Source: a virus | Lineage: Duplodnaviria > Caudoviricetes | Length of the DNA: 54,707 nucleotides | Reading direction: 5' to 3' (one strand) | IMG/VR virus record: IMGVR_UViG_3300020455_000018 | Location: 1 to 54,707 of that record | In this document: positions 20,665 to 30,274 of the stretch, in pieces | How positions within the stretch are numbered: the first letter of the stretch is position 1 | Layout: each line of letters begins with the position of its first letter | Program-made: the position numbers and the translations under genes | The notes under the pieces: generated by a model | The model's database searches: none | Told to the model about the DNA's origin: nothing | The model's input: the letters and a program-made list of their open reading frames with translations, nothing else

Positions 20665-23555
20665 TGGCAAGACGAAAAGGACAAGGTAGAACTCTTGTGC
20701 AAAAACTGTGTTCACCATTTAGTAGAAATGCTAGAGAAAATGCTGATATTGACAGAAGAATATTATCAGACGATAAATATTGGAAACAATGGACTGAACA
20801 CCCTGTTATAAAATTATTTCCAAAAGCTCAACAAACAGATATGTATGATGCTTTACAAATTAGAGCTGCAAGAGGACAAGAAAATATACCTGATACGGAA
20901 TTTTTAACTGTAGAACAATATAGAGTTCAAGGTCATATACAAAAAGACTTTTTAAAGAAATTAGAAAAACAACCAAATAATGCAGAAAGATTGTTTTATA
21001 TTAAATCTGAATTATTTAAAACAAGTCCTATTCACGATAAAGAATTTGGAAAAATACTAGATGCAAATGATATGTTTAATGCTAAAATTTTAAAAGACAA
21101 TAAAAAATTAGGAAATGTTATAGATTTATTAAAAATAGCTTCAGAATACGAAGGAAGCGTTCTTCAATCAACAAAAGAATTTCTTGTTGGCTCAAAAACG
21201 CCTCAAGAAAAATTATTAACTAATTTAAATAGACGTTTAATTAGAATAGCTAAAGGGCAAGAAAAATTTAATGGAGCAACTGGAGAAAACGCAGCTAGAG
21301 AATTTTATTTAAAGGGTGATGTAAATGGAAAAATGACAGAACCTGCATTAGATGTTGATGGTAAAATGGTTCACAAAGATTCTTTAGATTATTTAACTAA
21401 AAAAGGTGAATTAAAAGTTTTTAGAGATTTTTCCAGAATAATTACAGCTACTAAATCTGAACGTGCAAAATTGTTTAATAACGAAAAAATAAAAGCTGAA
21501 ACAAAAGAAGCTGCAAAAACTTGGTTAAATGATGTAGCTCATTCTACAAACGCAGAAATGTTAAAAGGTATAAAAAAGTTTGGAAATTTATTAAAAAATT
21601 CAAAAGCAAAAGCTATAAAAAATCATCCAAATTATGAAAAACTAGTAAATAATATAGATAATATTAAAAGAAATATAGAAGCTCAAGAAAAAGGAAACGA
21701 AAGTTCTTTGCTTCCCGTTTTGACTTTAGATGTTTTTCCTACCATTGAAGGTAATTTGCAAAAAATATTTACAGCAAAAAGTGATAAAGAAATGAATATG
21801 GGGTTTGATGGTCTTATTGCTATAGACGATATACTAAAAAACAATATGTATACAGCTAAAAAAATTAAAGACGATGCAAACCAAGATGTTATGATGGATT
21901 ATAATATTTTTCCTTTATTAGATTCATATAGTCGTAATTCTGCTAAATTTTTACATAGCATGAGAATGACTGAATCTTACTTTAAAGTATTAAATAAAAC
22001 AGAAGAAATGGCTCGTAAATATGGAAATAATCCAGAATATACAAATTTTCATAACGCTATGGATGTGCAAAACGCTATGATGCATAAATTGTTTCAAAAA
22101 ACTACTGGTTTTTCAAATAATCCTTTGGCTGATAAATTAACTAGAATTTCTACTGGATTGCAATTTTTTAGTAAAATGGGTTGGAATTTTAAATCTGTAG
22201 GTAAAAATGCTACACAAAGATATTTTAATCATATTTATTATGGAATTTCTGGTGTAAAATCTTTACGAAAAATACTAGAAGACGATGAAACTATAAGAAT
22301 ACGTGCTGATATAGGTCTTGATAAAAGTGGTTTAAAAAGGGCTGATATTAAAGAAACTTATTCTGATGTTAATTTACCAGTACAACAAGCTGCTGACGGA
22401 ACTTATAGTATTGCATATACTGAAAATTATTTAGATAGTATAGATGAATTTGTTGGAAGAGCTGTAGAAAGAAGTGGTAGATTACTTCAAAAAGTAGAAA
22501 ATGATATTAATAGAAAATATACTTACGAACTATCTTTTGCAAAAGAATGGACAAATCAAAATAGAAATTTGTTAATGCATCAAAGAAAATTTGAATATAG
22601 CTTAAAAAAGAGCAAAAAAGAAATTGAAGAAATGAAAAATAATACTGAGGGAGATAGCGCTGTTGACCCTATTACAGGCGTAAAAAGTAATGAATATGAA
22701 GTTGCTTTTAAAAACTATAGACAAAAAAATGCTGAAATATTTGCTAAAAATATAACAAAATTTTTACATTACGATTATAGTACAGCTCAAAAATCTTTTG
22801 CACAAACAAGTAAAAGAGGTTCTCTTATTTTACAGTTTAAACATTATTTATTATCTAACGCTGTTATGCAGAAAAAAATGATAGAAGAAGGACTAGGAGA
22901 TATAAGGTCTGGACAAATTAATACTAATGCTGTAGGTAGAGCAGTTAGAATGTCTTCTTATACTATGATAATAGAAGCTATAACAGATATTGGAAATTGG
23001 CAATTGGGTAACTTTTTTGAAAACGCAGCTTATAATGAAATTAAAAAATTCTATGATTTAATGACAGTAGAAGATGACGAAGAAAGAGATAGAATATTTT
23101 ATAATAGAGGTATTTTTGCAGGAAATATGGGTCCTACATTTGGAATGATATTAGATGTAGGAGAAATGTTGGGTGTATTTGATATGTTTGTAAAAGATGG
23201 AACTTTTGCTTCTTACATGCTAGGTAGAGAAAACGCAGCTAAAGAAGATGGCGATGTAACTATGGCTGAAAAAATAACAAAAATTGGAAATGTTCAAGCA
23301 CATAGAACTATATGGAAAAGTGGACCTAGATTTTTTGAAGCATTAGCTTCTGGTAGAAATCCTTTTATTCCATTTTTAGAAACAGAAACGGGCATATATC
23401 CAGCAAGACGTGAATTAACAGAAAGACCTATAGCAAGCGCAATTTTAAACACGTTAGGACTATACCCGAAATCTGCTTTAGAAAAGAAAACGGCTAATCT
23501 TAATACAGATGAGGCGATATTACAATCTTTGAATTATATGGAAGGTAGAAATTAA
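20664..23555 (+). CDS. Large internal virion/ejection protein
   Basis: 963 aa, TAATG-coupled to giant gene, last gene of late block. Confidence 0.6.
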   Translation: MARRKGQGRTLVQKLCSPFSRNARENADIDRRILSDDKYWKQWTEHPVIKLFPKAQQTDMYDALQIRAARGQENIPDTEFLTVEQYRVQGHIQKDFLKKLEKQPNNAERLFYIKSELFKTSPIHDKEFGKILDANDMFNAKILKDNKKLGNVIDLLKIASEYEGSVLQSTKEFLVGSKTPQEKLLTNLNRRLIRIAKGQEKFNGATGENAAREFYLKGDVNGKMTEPALDVDGKMVHKDSLDYLTKKGELKVFRDFSRIITATKSERAKLFNNEKIKAETKEAAKTWLNDVAHSTNAEMLKGIKKFGNLLKNSKAKAIKNHPNYEKLVNNIDNIKRNIEAQEKGNESSLLPVLTLDVFPTIEGNLQKIFTAKSDKEMNMGFDGLIAIDDILKNNMYTAKKIKDDANQDVMMDYNIFPLLDSYSRNSAKFLHSMRMTESYFKVLNKTEEMARKYGNNPEYTNFHNAMDVQNAMMHKLFQKTTGFSNNPLADKLTRISTGLQFFSKMGWNFKSVGKNATQRYFNHIYYGISGVKSLRKILEDDETIRIRADIGLDKSGLKRADIKETYSDVNLPVQQAADGTYSIAYTENYLDSIDEFVGRAVERSGRLLQKVENDINRKYTYELSFAKEWTNQNRNLLMHQRKFEYSLKKSKKEIEEMKNNTEGDSAVDPITGVKSNEYEVAFKNYRQKNAEIFAKNITKFLHYDYSTAQKSFAQTSKRGSLILQFKHYLLSNAVMQKKMIEEGLGDIRSGQINTNAVGRAVRMSSYTMIIEAITDIGNWQLGNFFENAAYNEIKKFYDLMTVEDDEERDRIFYNRGIFAGNMGPTFGMILDVGEMLGVFDMFVKDGTFASYMLGRENAAKEDGDVTMAEKITKIGNVQAHRTIWKSGPRFFEALASGRNPFIPFLETETGIYPARRELTERPIASAILNTLGLYPKSALEKKTANLNTDEAILQSLNYMEGRN

Positions 23556-23764
23556 ACTTCTGCTAAACTTTCTAAAGTATATTCTTTAGGACATCCAAAT
23601 TCGTCAAGTAATTCTTGTAAACCTGGTAATCCATTGTCGTCAAATTTGATAAGTTTGTTTTGCAATAGGGCTATTTCATATTCTATCTCCATACGTTTAT
23701 CTAATATTTTCTTTCTAGTTTCTTTATTTTTGCATTCTTCTTTTATTTTATTTTCTAATGTCAT
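23552..23764 (-). CDS. Hypothetical protein
   Basis: GGAGG RBS, ATGA overlap with upstream gene. Confidence 0.7.
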   Translation of the reverse strand: MTLENKIKEECKNKETRKKILDKRMEIEYEIALLQNKLIKFDDNGLPGLQELLDEFGCPKEYTLESLAEV

Positions 23765-24204
23765 TTTTCCTCCGTTAATGCGTACATTCCAATACAGATT
23801 GCGTCTGCATTTTTTAATGTAACTTTGTGATTATTTCCTGCCCAATCTTGAGCAACTTTCTTAAAATATCTTTTTCGTTCTGTATAATCTTTTGGTATCT
23901 CTCCTCCAATGAACTGTTGCCATACTTTAGGCAATACATCTACTCTCTGCAATCCTAATGACGCTATAATACCTAGCCAAACGCCATAATTTTCTCCAAA
24001 AGTAAAAGCACCTCTTTCATAAGGTCTAGCCCAAACTCTTTCTATATATACTTTAGGTTTTTTACGAGCTATAGCGTTTTTTATTATTTTTACCATATCT
24101 TCAGGTTCCCTGGAAGTAGGACAATTGGTAGTGAATTGGAGGTTCGTTGAGTCAAAGAAAGCAACTGCCCCACTCCATCCAGGGTCTATAGTTATAATTT
24201 TCAT
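23761..24204 (-). CDS. RuvC-like Holliday junction resolvase
   Basis: ITIDPG, YIERV, AFTFG..YG, P..WQ, ADAICIG motifs. Confidence 0.85.
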   Translation of the reverse strand: MKIITIDPGWSGAVAFFDSTNLQFTTNCPTSREPEDMVKIIKNAIARKKPKVYIERVWARPYERGAFTFGENYGVWLGIIASLGLQRVDVLPKVWQQFIGGEIPKDYTERKRYFKKVAQDWAGNNHKVTLKNADAICIGMYALTEEK

Positions 24205-25553
24205 TTATTCATCATTCTAATTGCTTCATTTCGGTCAAAGTATACACTACACTTGTCTCCATTAAAGCCCATATTATATGAACCTAATTGCCCATATCTA
24301 GCTTTTTGACATATTACTTCAATTTCATATTTATCATTGTCTCTATTATCTACCGCATAAGGATAGTATACAAAGAACGCCGCTTCAGCAGTTTGTTCAA
24401 TCACACCACTTTCCGCAAAGTCTGATAACTTTGGTCTAGGGTCTAATCTTCTTTCAATTTCTCTATTTAATTGAGATACTAATATAGCACTACATTTAAG
24501 TTTCTTACAAATCCATTTGTAATCAAGCATAATGTCTTCTATTTCAAACCTTCTGTCCTTACTATTTCCATCTGTACGAATAAGTTGGATATAATCATCA
24601 AGGACTACATCTGGTTTTTCTTTACTTATCTCTTTCATAGCATCTGCAAGTGTTTTACAATCATCTAACATAATTAAGTTTTTGTATTTTTCACCAAGTT
24701 CTTCTTTCTTTAAATTAATTTCAGTTATTTCTTTACTAATATCAGAAGCTTTCCTAATACGTTCGTAACTAAATTGCTGAAACTCCATTACTAAAATCTT
24801 TTTCATCATTTCAACATTAGTCATCTCACGATTAAATAGCATAACTTTTTTACCTTGTTCAAGTAATCGTTTAACAATATTAATAATCATAGTAGTTTTA
24901 CCATGTCCTGGTCTACCACCTACAACTGTAATTTCGCCTCTTGTCATACCACCTGCTGCACTATCTAACTGTTCAATACCAAAGGGTATTAAGTTTGTGC
25001 CTTCTTTTAATGCTTTAACTGTATTGTCTAATATATCTTTAGTTTCTACAATTTTACTTGGAGCAATATCTTTTAAGTCTTGTATAATCTTTTCATGTTG
25101 ATGTAAGACTTCTACAATATCATCCGTATTTTGTAAAGTTAAGTTATATAATATTTGGGAACTTTTTACCGCTTTACGTTGTATAAACTTATACCAAATG
25201 TTCTTAGCGTAAGTTTCAGCGTTCGCAGTAGTAGGAACTCCATCAGCTAATCCAGTTAAATAATAAGTAGTTAAAGTATGGTCTTTTACATTATCCTTTA
25301 AATCTCCAAATACTGTAACAGTATCTATTGGCACATTGTTTTTATACAGCCTATGAAATGATTTCCACAACTCTTGATGTTTTGTAGTATAGAATGCTTT
25401 AGATTCTTTTATAACTGATTTAGCTTTTTCAAAGATTTCATCGCCTTCTAGTAAAATACTACCTAATAAAGCTATTTCTGCTTCTTCATTCTTGGGCATA
25501 GGTTCCAGTCCATTTGTCTGCTTAAGGTCTTTTTTGTCTGTAAGCTCTTTCAT
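24201..25553 (-). CDS. dnaB: Replicative DNA helicase, DnaB family
   Basis: N-domain P.NEEAE.ALLG; Walker A GGRPGHGKT; DYIQL; SQLNR; SGVIEQ; KARYG. Confidence 0.95.
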   Translation of the reverse strand: MKELTDKKDLKQTNGLEPMPKNEEAEIALLGSILLEGDEIFEKAKSVIKESKAFYTTKHQELWKSFHRLYKNNVPIDTVTVFGDLKDNVKDHTLTTYYLTGLADGVPTTANAETYAKNIWYKFIQRKAVKSSQILYNLTLQNTDDIVEVLHQHEKIIQDLKDIAPSKIVETKDILDNTVKALKEGTNLIPFGIEQLDSAAGGMTRGEITVVGGRPGHGKTTMIINIVKRLLEQGKKVMLFNREMTNVEMMKKILVMEFQQFSYERIRKASDISKEITEINLKKEELGEKYKNLIMLDDCKTLADAMKEISKEKPDVVLDDYIQLIRTDGNSKDRRFEIEDIMLDYKWICKKLKCSAILVSQLNREIERRLDPRPKLSDFAESGVIEQTAEAAFFVYYPYAVDNRDNDKYEIEVICQKARYGQLGSYNMGFNGDKCSVYFDRNEAIRMMNK

Positions 25554-26383
25554 TACACCTCCGATTCTGTAAATAAACTAATTTGTTTTTCTTTTGGAAT
25601 ATAGTTTGTAATAACTAATTCATTTTTCTTTTCATCACTATGTAATTGACCAGCATATTTAATTGGTATTACATCTATAAAGTAAAACTTATACATTTGC
25701 CATATTTCAGGTCTATCATCATAAGACACCATAAACTTTCCCCCGCTTGCATCAATTTCATCGCAAACTTCTTTTAAGCTCAAATGGTCATCTTCTGTAA
25801 ATGAATGTATATAGTAATCATTTCTATCTGTAGCTGCAAAGTAAGGAGGGTCTAAATACCACATATCTCCTTCTTTTGGCTCATACTTTTCAATTAACTT
25901 TCTAAAATCCATGTTTTCAATAAACACATTATTTAGTTTTTGTCTACTTGGTTCTAAATCAGCCAGAATATTATCATTCCATTTTGCATCTTTAGATAAA
26001 GGCAAATGTGGATTCTTGTTAAAAGCAGTTTTTAGTACAAAAAAGTACATTGCCGCTCTTTTATAATCTGGTATATCTACTTTTGATTTACTATGTATTA
26101 GTTTCCTATAGTCTTCGTGAAGAGTTCTAGACAATAGTATGTGTTTACAATAATGTCTAAACTTGTCGAAATCCTCCGCTACTGAAATATACAAATTTAT
26201 TATATCATTATGCAAATCATTTAATATATTTATTTGTGCTTTTTCTTTTCTGAAAAACATACTTCCCCCGCCAAGAAATACTTCAATATAACGTTTATGG
26301 CTATAAAACTTAGGAACAAGTTTTCTGGATAAATTATATTTGCCTCCATAGTAAGGGAATATAGTTGGACAATCATTCTTCAT
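25553..26383 (-). CDS. DNA adenine methyltransferase, Dam/D12 class
   Basis: YYGGK, EVFLGGG, ND, DPPY, SY motifs. Confidence 0.92.
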   Translation of the reverse strand: MKNDCPTIFPYYGGKYNLSRKLVPKFYSHKRYIEVFLGGGSMFFRKEKAQINILNDLHNDIINLYISVAEDFDKFRHYCKHILLSRTLHEDYRKLIHSKSKVDIPDYKRAAMYFFVLKTAFNKNPHLPLSKDAKWNDNILADLEPSRQKLNNVFIENMDFRKLIEKYEPKEGDMWYLDPPYFAATDRNDYYIHSFTEDDHLSLKEVCDEIDASGGKFMVSYDDRPEIWQMYKFYFIDVIPIKYAGQLHSDEKKNELVITNYIPKEKQISLFTESEV

Positions 26384-26651
26384 TTTTCTTTCTTCCAATA
26401 CCGTATGTTTTCCAAAATACTATATCATGTGCTGAATCATAATATTCAAACACAAATTTATCTATAACACCACCAGCATAATCTGGATGAAACTTTTTCT
26501 TTATAGCCATATCAGCCATCATTTGATAATGTATAGCTGTATAAAACATTCTTTCATCGTGATTATCAGCTGTAGTCCACCAAGGGTATTCTCCGTATGA
26601 TAAATCTAATAGTTCTTCAAATGTATATTTTTTAACCATCTTTAACTCCAT
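26373..26651 (-). CDS. Hypothetical protein
   Basis: Overlapping operon arrangement; start may be 26639. Confidence 0.7.
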   Translation of the reverse strand: MELKMVKKYTFEELLDLSYGEYPWWTTADNHDERMFYTAIHYQMMADMAIKKKFHPDYAGGVIDKFVFEYYDSAHDIVFWKTYGIGRKKNEE

Positions 26652-26982
26652 TTAATTTTTCCCACATTTCTCTATATGATGAATTGCTTTCTACGCCTAC
26701 TGGTAAACAAGAAACACATAGTCCTTCTTTTTTAAACTTTTCTCTACGTTCATCGCTCATACCAGTATGTAATGCACCTGGACCATTACCTTCATCATCC
26801 ATTCCTAAAAAGAATACGTCACCTTTGTCTGTAGAAAATACTAAACCAGTACCTTCTTCTGGATAATCTTTATCCCATTCTTGCCACCATACATTTTCAA
26901 TAGTTCTACCTTGAAGCAATCTTCTAGCTGAATCGTACCACATTTTAGTTCTTTTATATTTTTTTTCTAAAGTTTCTTTCAC
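26632..26982 (-). CDS. Hypothetical protein
   Basis: GGAGG RBS with GTG start; MDDEGNGPGALH motif. Confidence 0.75.
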   Translation of the reverse strand: MKETLEKKYKRTKMWYDSARRLLQGRTIENVWWQEWDKDYPEEGTGLVFSTDKGDVFFLGMDDEGNGPGALHTGMSDERREKFKKEGLCVSCLPVGVESNSSYREMWEKLNGVKDG

Positions 26983-27180
26983 TTAACCCTCCATATATTT
27001 AGTTCTTAAATGGTCATTACGTTCGTGATTTAGATTGTCTATATTTTCCTCTATTTCACCTAACCTTGACATAAATTCATCTGTTATACCTTCTCTATCA
27101 AGATAATATCCTGTTTCTTCATCAAAAGAATAGTATACATCTACACTAATAGTGTCATCTATCTGTTTTTCTTTTTCCAT
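26983..27180 (-). CDS. Hypothetical acidic protein
   Basis: GAGG RBS, abuts next gene. Confidence 0.7.
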   Translation of the reverse strand: MEKEKQIDDTISVDVYYSFDEETGYYLDREGITDEFMSRLGEIEENIDNLNHERNDHLRTKYMEG

Positions 27181-27307
27181 AATCCCTCTTTCTTCTTATT
27201 GAGCTTATATTATTATAATACATATATTCAAATCCAAGCTCATCTAGTTTATCTATTAACTTTGCTATTTTTTCTTGCAAATCAAATGCTTTTTCAGCGT
27301 CACTCAT
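27155..27307 (-). CDS. Hypothetical 50-aa protein (MSDAEKAFDL...; not in ORF track)
   Basis: GGAG RBS, overlaps both neighbours and fills the gap. Confidence 0.6.
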   Translation of the reverse strand: MSDAEKAFDLQEKIAKLIDKLDELGFEYMYYNNISSIRRKRDYGKRKTDR

Positions 27308-27539
27308 CTCTATGCTCCTTCAATTTATCATCAACTTTTTTCATCTTTTGGTAAAGTTTTTGATATTTATTAGTATGGAAGATTATATTATTTCTGTTCA
27401 AGTGTCCTTCGTGTTTAATACTCCACGTAGTATCTTCACTTGGTTGCACAGGAATATCTACATTGTCTTTAAAGTCTTCTGCTTCTCTCAACTTGTAGTT
27501 ATCCATTTTTTCTATTTCTAATTTCTTAAAATATCCCAT
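27300..27539 (-). CDS. Hypothetical protein
   Basis: GGAG RBS, TAATG coupling. Confidence 0.7.
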   Translation of the reverse strand: MGYFKKLEIEKMDNYKLREAEDFKDNVDIPVQPSEDTTWSIKHEGHLNRNNIIFHTNKYQKLYQKMKKVDDKLKEHRDE

Positions 27540-27799
27540 TACATTCTACTCCCATCCATTATTTTATCATATTTATCTTTATTGCCTCCGCATTCTTCAA
27601 TAATCTTTTCTTTAAATTCAAAGTATGTTATTGGTTCTGTTTCTTCTTCACAGCTTTCACACCAATAAGTACCATCTATAAAATCTATCATTGTTTCTGT
27701 ATTGATGTTAACCCATGCACTTTGAGATACTTCTTCTGTACCGCAATAATCGCATACCCACATATCATCCATATCTATTTTTGATTTTCTTTCAGACAT
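27539..27799 (-). CDS. Small Zn-ribbon protein
   Basis: CDYC...CESC; GGAGG RBS. Confidence 0.75.
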   Translation of the reverse strand: MSERKSKIDMDDMWVCDYCGTEEVSQSAWVNINTETMIDFIDGTYWCESCEEETEPITYFEFKEKIIEECGGNKDKYDKIMDGSRM

Positions 27800-28029
27800 C
27801 GTTCCTCCTTAACTCTAAACTGTTCAATCCATTGGTCTTTAAACTTTTCAACTTGTTGAGTACTACAAAAAACCCACCAAGCTCTACCATGTTCTTTTGC
27901 AAACTTTTCAGTTAATGCTTCATGTTCTTCTGTATAAGCATAGATTGTCTTAAATTTTTTAAGTCTTTCTTCAAAACTGCTTTCACATTTTAAGGGATTG
28001 TTGTTTTTATCATGTAAACTTAAACTCAT
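27775..28029 (-). CDS. Hypothetical protein (true start likely 28029, not 28197)
   Basis: TAGGAG RBS before ATG 28029; upstream extension lies in a structured RNA region. Confidence 0.65.
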   Translation of the reverse strand: MSLSLHDKNNNPLKCESSFEERLKKFKTIYAYTEEHEALTEKFAKEHGRAWWVFCSTQQVEKFKDQWIEQFRVKEERCLKENQK

Positions 28030-28034
28030 ATTTT

Positions 28035-28530
28035 CTCCTATAATGTTATAGGAGTAGCTAGTTTCGGCTTCTATAGACTTTAAGTAAGACTCACCTTCTG
28101 TTGCTACTCCTAATGTTTTGGCTGTGTTATTACGTAACCATTTAACTATCACTCCGATAGCACCATATAGAAAGATTCGCTTCAAATATGAGCTCAAACT
28201 CTGTCCCCAACCGATTATATTAAAGGTATCGCCCTAGGGTTCGGTCCGTCATTGAGTTTTACGATATGAGTTTTCTCCATATCAACTTTCTAATTCTTTA
28301 GGCGGCTTATAAACTCTAGAGTCTACTGGCTAATCCATCACCACCCAAAAAGTAACCATAACAAGACATTTCACATGTTAGTAAGTTGTTACCTTTAATT
28401 ACTAGCAAGAGAATAGACTTTGTAGAAAGGGTCATGCTACGCTCTCTATATGACTTCTGTACAGTAGCCAGTCTCTATCAAGTGGTCTAATCTCAGGGAC
28501 CTTTATTAAGAAGCTATCTTATTCTCAGGA
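28035..28530 (-). ncRNA. Putative ~500-nt structured RNA/leader
   Basis: Nested helices 28510-28520/28172-28183, 28494-28500/28203-28209, ACUGGCUA/UAGCCAGU; pseudoknot GGGUGGU/GCCGCCU; G-U wobbles favour the minus strand. Confidence 0.65.
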
Positions 28531-28532
28531 AC

Positions 28533-29318
28533 CTACGCTCTTGCTAATCTTGTTATTGTTGGATAAATCTGATTCTCCATAATATGAATAGATTCTCTAT
28601 CTCTATGCGCAACGTGTGTTGCTACATAAGTACAAGCATTCAATAAATCCCAATATGTTTTCATATTATTATTTAAACAATATCTTGTAAAGTCTTCCAT
28701 ATATTGTTGTGGAATCAGTTTAGCCATATCAACTAAATGTTTACCTCTTAACTTAGTCTTTGTTAGTCTTGGAAATTCTGTTTCAAACATTTGAACTAAC
28801 ATAGCAACTGTATCAGTAATAGTACTATCTATTTGGTTAATACTAGTATTATTATTTTTATGTACAGCTTTCTTTTTTGTTAAGACATTACCAATTGTCA
28901 ATCCATTTAAGCATACAAGCCTAAATGCACCACCCATAACATTAACAGATGTGCTACCATCGTAACTATTTGCTACTATTAATTGTGGATTTATTAAATC
29001 ACCTTTTTCAACTTTTACTTCAGTTTTAGGAAAATTCCATTTCCAAATAGCTTTTGAACCATTAGAAAATGTTCTAGCTTCTGATAACTCAGCACCAGAA
29101 CCTTTTAATACTTTTTGAACTTTACTAACAACTGATTTGTTGTCAACTACTTTGTATTCATCAGTCATACAAGACAATACATCTCCTGTATCTTCTCTTA
29201 TTATGAATTTATGACCTGTTCCAGACACTAAAGTTCTTTTCTTACCTTCAGCTTTCATAAATGTTGCTGGAACTTCTTTAACTGGAAATAGAGTCTCCTC
29301 CATTGCTACTATAGACAT
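28533..29318 (-). CDS. DUF932/DUF945-like phage protein
   Basis: IREDTG.VL....DEYKVVDN, NSYDGS, GAFRLVCLNG motifs. Confidence 0.85.
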   Translation of the reverse strand: MSIVAMEETLFPVKEVPATFMKAEGKKRTLVSGTGHKFIIREDTGDVLSCMTDEYKVVDNKSVVSKVQKVLKGSGAELSEARTFSNGSKAIWKWNFPKTEVKVEKGDLINPQLIVANSYDGSTSVNVMGGAFRLVCLNGLTIGNVLTKKKAVHKNNNTSINQIDSTITDTVAMLVQMFETEFPRLTKTKLRGKHLVDMAKLIPQQYMEDFTRYCLNNNMKTYWDLLNACTYVATHVAHRDRESIHIMENQIYPTITRLARA

Positions 29319-29712
29319 TCTTATACTCTCCTCTTTCTACTTTAACTTTTTTTGGTGTTCTACCAAACTTTCTTATTTCATTTTCTAACATTTTTTCTTC
29401 ATTCTGATATCCAGATATAATCATTTTCTGTAAATAAGCAAATCCTTTACCTTGGTATACGTGTTCATCCATATTATATTGATGAATTATTCTTTCTACA
29501 GTTTTATCAGGTATCTTAGATATTGCTTGCAAAAAGTAAAATGTTTTTTGATTGTTTTTATCGGAATTTATATTTTCACGAATTAACTTTATAACTCGTT
29601 TCAACCTTCTTTGACAAATTGTATTGCTTCCTCTTTCTTCTAAAAGCGAAATGATACGCTTTGTTGGATTGTATTTTCTTCCCGTTTCGTGTCCACATGC
29701 TTCGCATTTCAT
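29278..29712 (-). CDS. Hypothetical protein with N-terminal CxxC (possible replication initiator/loader)
   Basis: GGAGG RBS; CEAC; GKGFAYL..MI resembles DnaD-like C-termini (weak). Confidence 0.6.
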   Translation of the reverse strand: MKCEACGHETGRKYNPTKRIISLLEERGSNTICQRRLKRVIKLIRENINSDKNNQKTFYFLQAISKIPDKTVERIIHQYNMDEHVYQGKGFAYLQKMIISGYQNEEKMLENEIRKFGRTPKKVKVERGEYKNVYSSNGGDSISS

Positions 29713-29933
29713 TGTTCCTCCACAAGTGTACCAGCTGACCAAGTATGTTTACCTTTATAATAACTTTCGTTTTCATTATAATGTTCAATATTTGGTAAAC
29801 TATAAACCATAACCTCTGCATTAATACCAATACTCAATAATACACCTTCTGTACCATTTTTATTAAATCTTGCACCTGGTTTTAATGTTCTCAATTTAAC
29901 TTTTTTACCCAATTGTAACCTCTCTACTCTCAA
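29709..29933 (-). CDS. Hypothetical protein
   Basis: Operon overlap; start uncertain. Confidence 0.6.
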   Translation of the reverse strand: MRVERLQLGKKVKLRTLKPGARFNKNGTEGVLLSIGINAEVMVYSLPNIEHYNENESYYKGKHTWSAGTLVEEQ

Positions 29934-30108
29934 TTAGTTTTTTAGTTCTTCTTTTAGCTGCTACATTTTCCATTATACCTTCAAAATCTCCTTGCAATCT
30001 AGCTAAAGGTTCTTTCATAGTACCGTTTAATGTAGTGTTTCTTAGTGTTTCAATCATAAGATTCAGTTCACTATCTGTTATTTTTAATGTTATTACTGCT
30101 TCGTTCAT
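29905..30108 (-). CDS. Hypothetical protein
   Basis: ATG 30108 with AAGGA upstream. Confidence 0.65.
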   Translation of the reverse strand: MNEAVITLKITDSELNLMIETLRNTTLNGTMKEPLARLQGDFEGIMENVAAKRRTKKLIESREVTIG

Positions 30109-30262
30109 TGCGTATTTCCTTCGCCCATTCATTATGCACAATATCATCTATAATGTCTTTATCGCTAGAACCAATATCTAAATTATCTTTAATTTTTTCT
30201 ATTATTCTATTCCAGACAACGTTGACACGCAACAATTCTTGTGCTTGTTTTAATTTATCCAA
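30071..30262 (-). CDS. Hypothetical protein
   Basis: AAGGAGG RBS, TTG start. Confidence 0.7.
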   Translation of the reverse strand: MDKLKQAQELLRVNVVWNRIIEKIKDNLDIGSSDKDIIDDIVHNEWAKEIRNERSSNNIKNNR

Positions 30263-30274
30263 GATTCCTCCTTA

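Noticed and set aside
23540-23570. Bidirectional terminator at the convergence of the two gene blocks
   Set aside because: The stop codons overlap directly (TTAA at 23552-23555) and no hairpin is visible
28030-28197. N-terminal extension of ORF 27775..28197
   Set aside because: TTG start without RBS; good RBS at ATG 28029; the extension overlaps paired RNA helices
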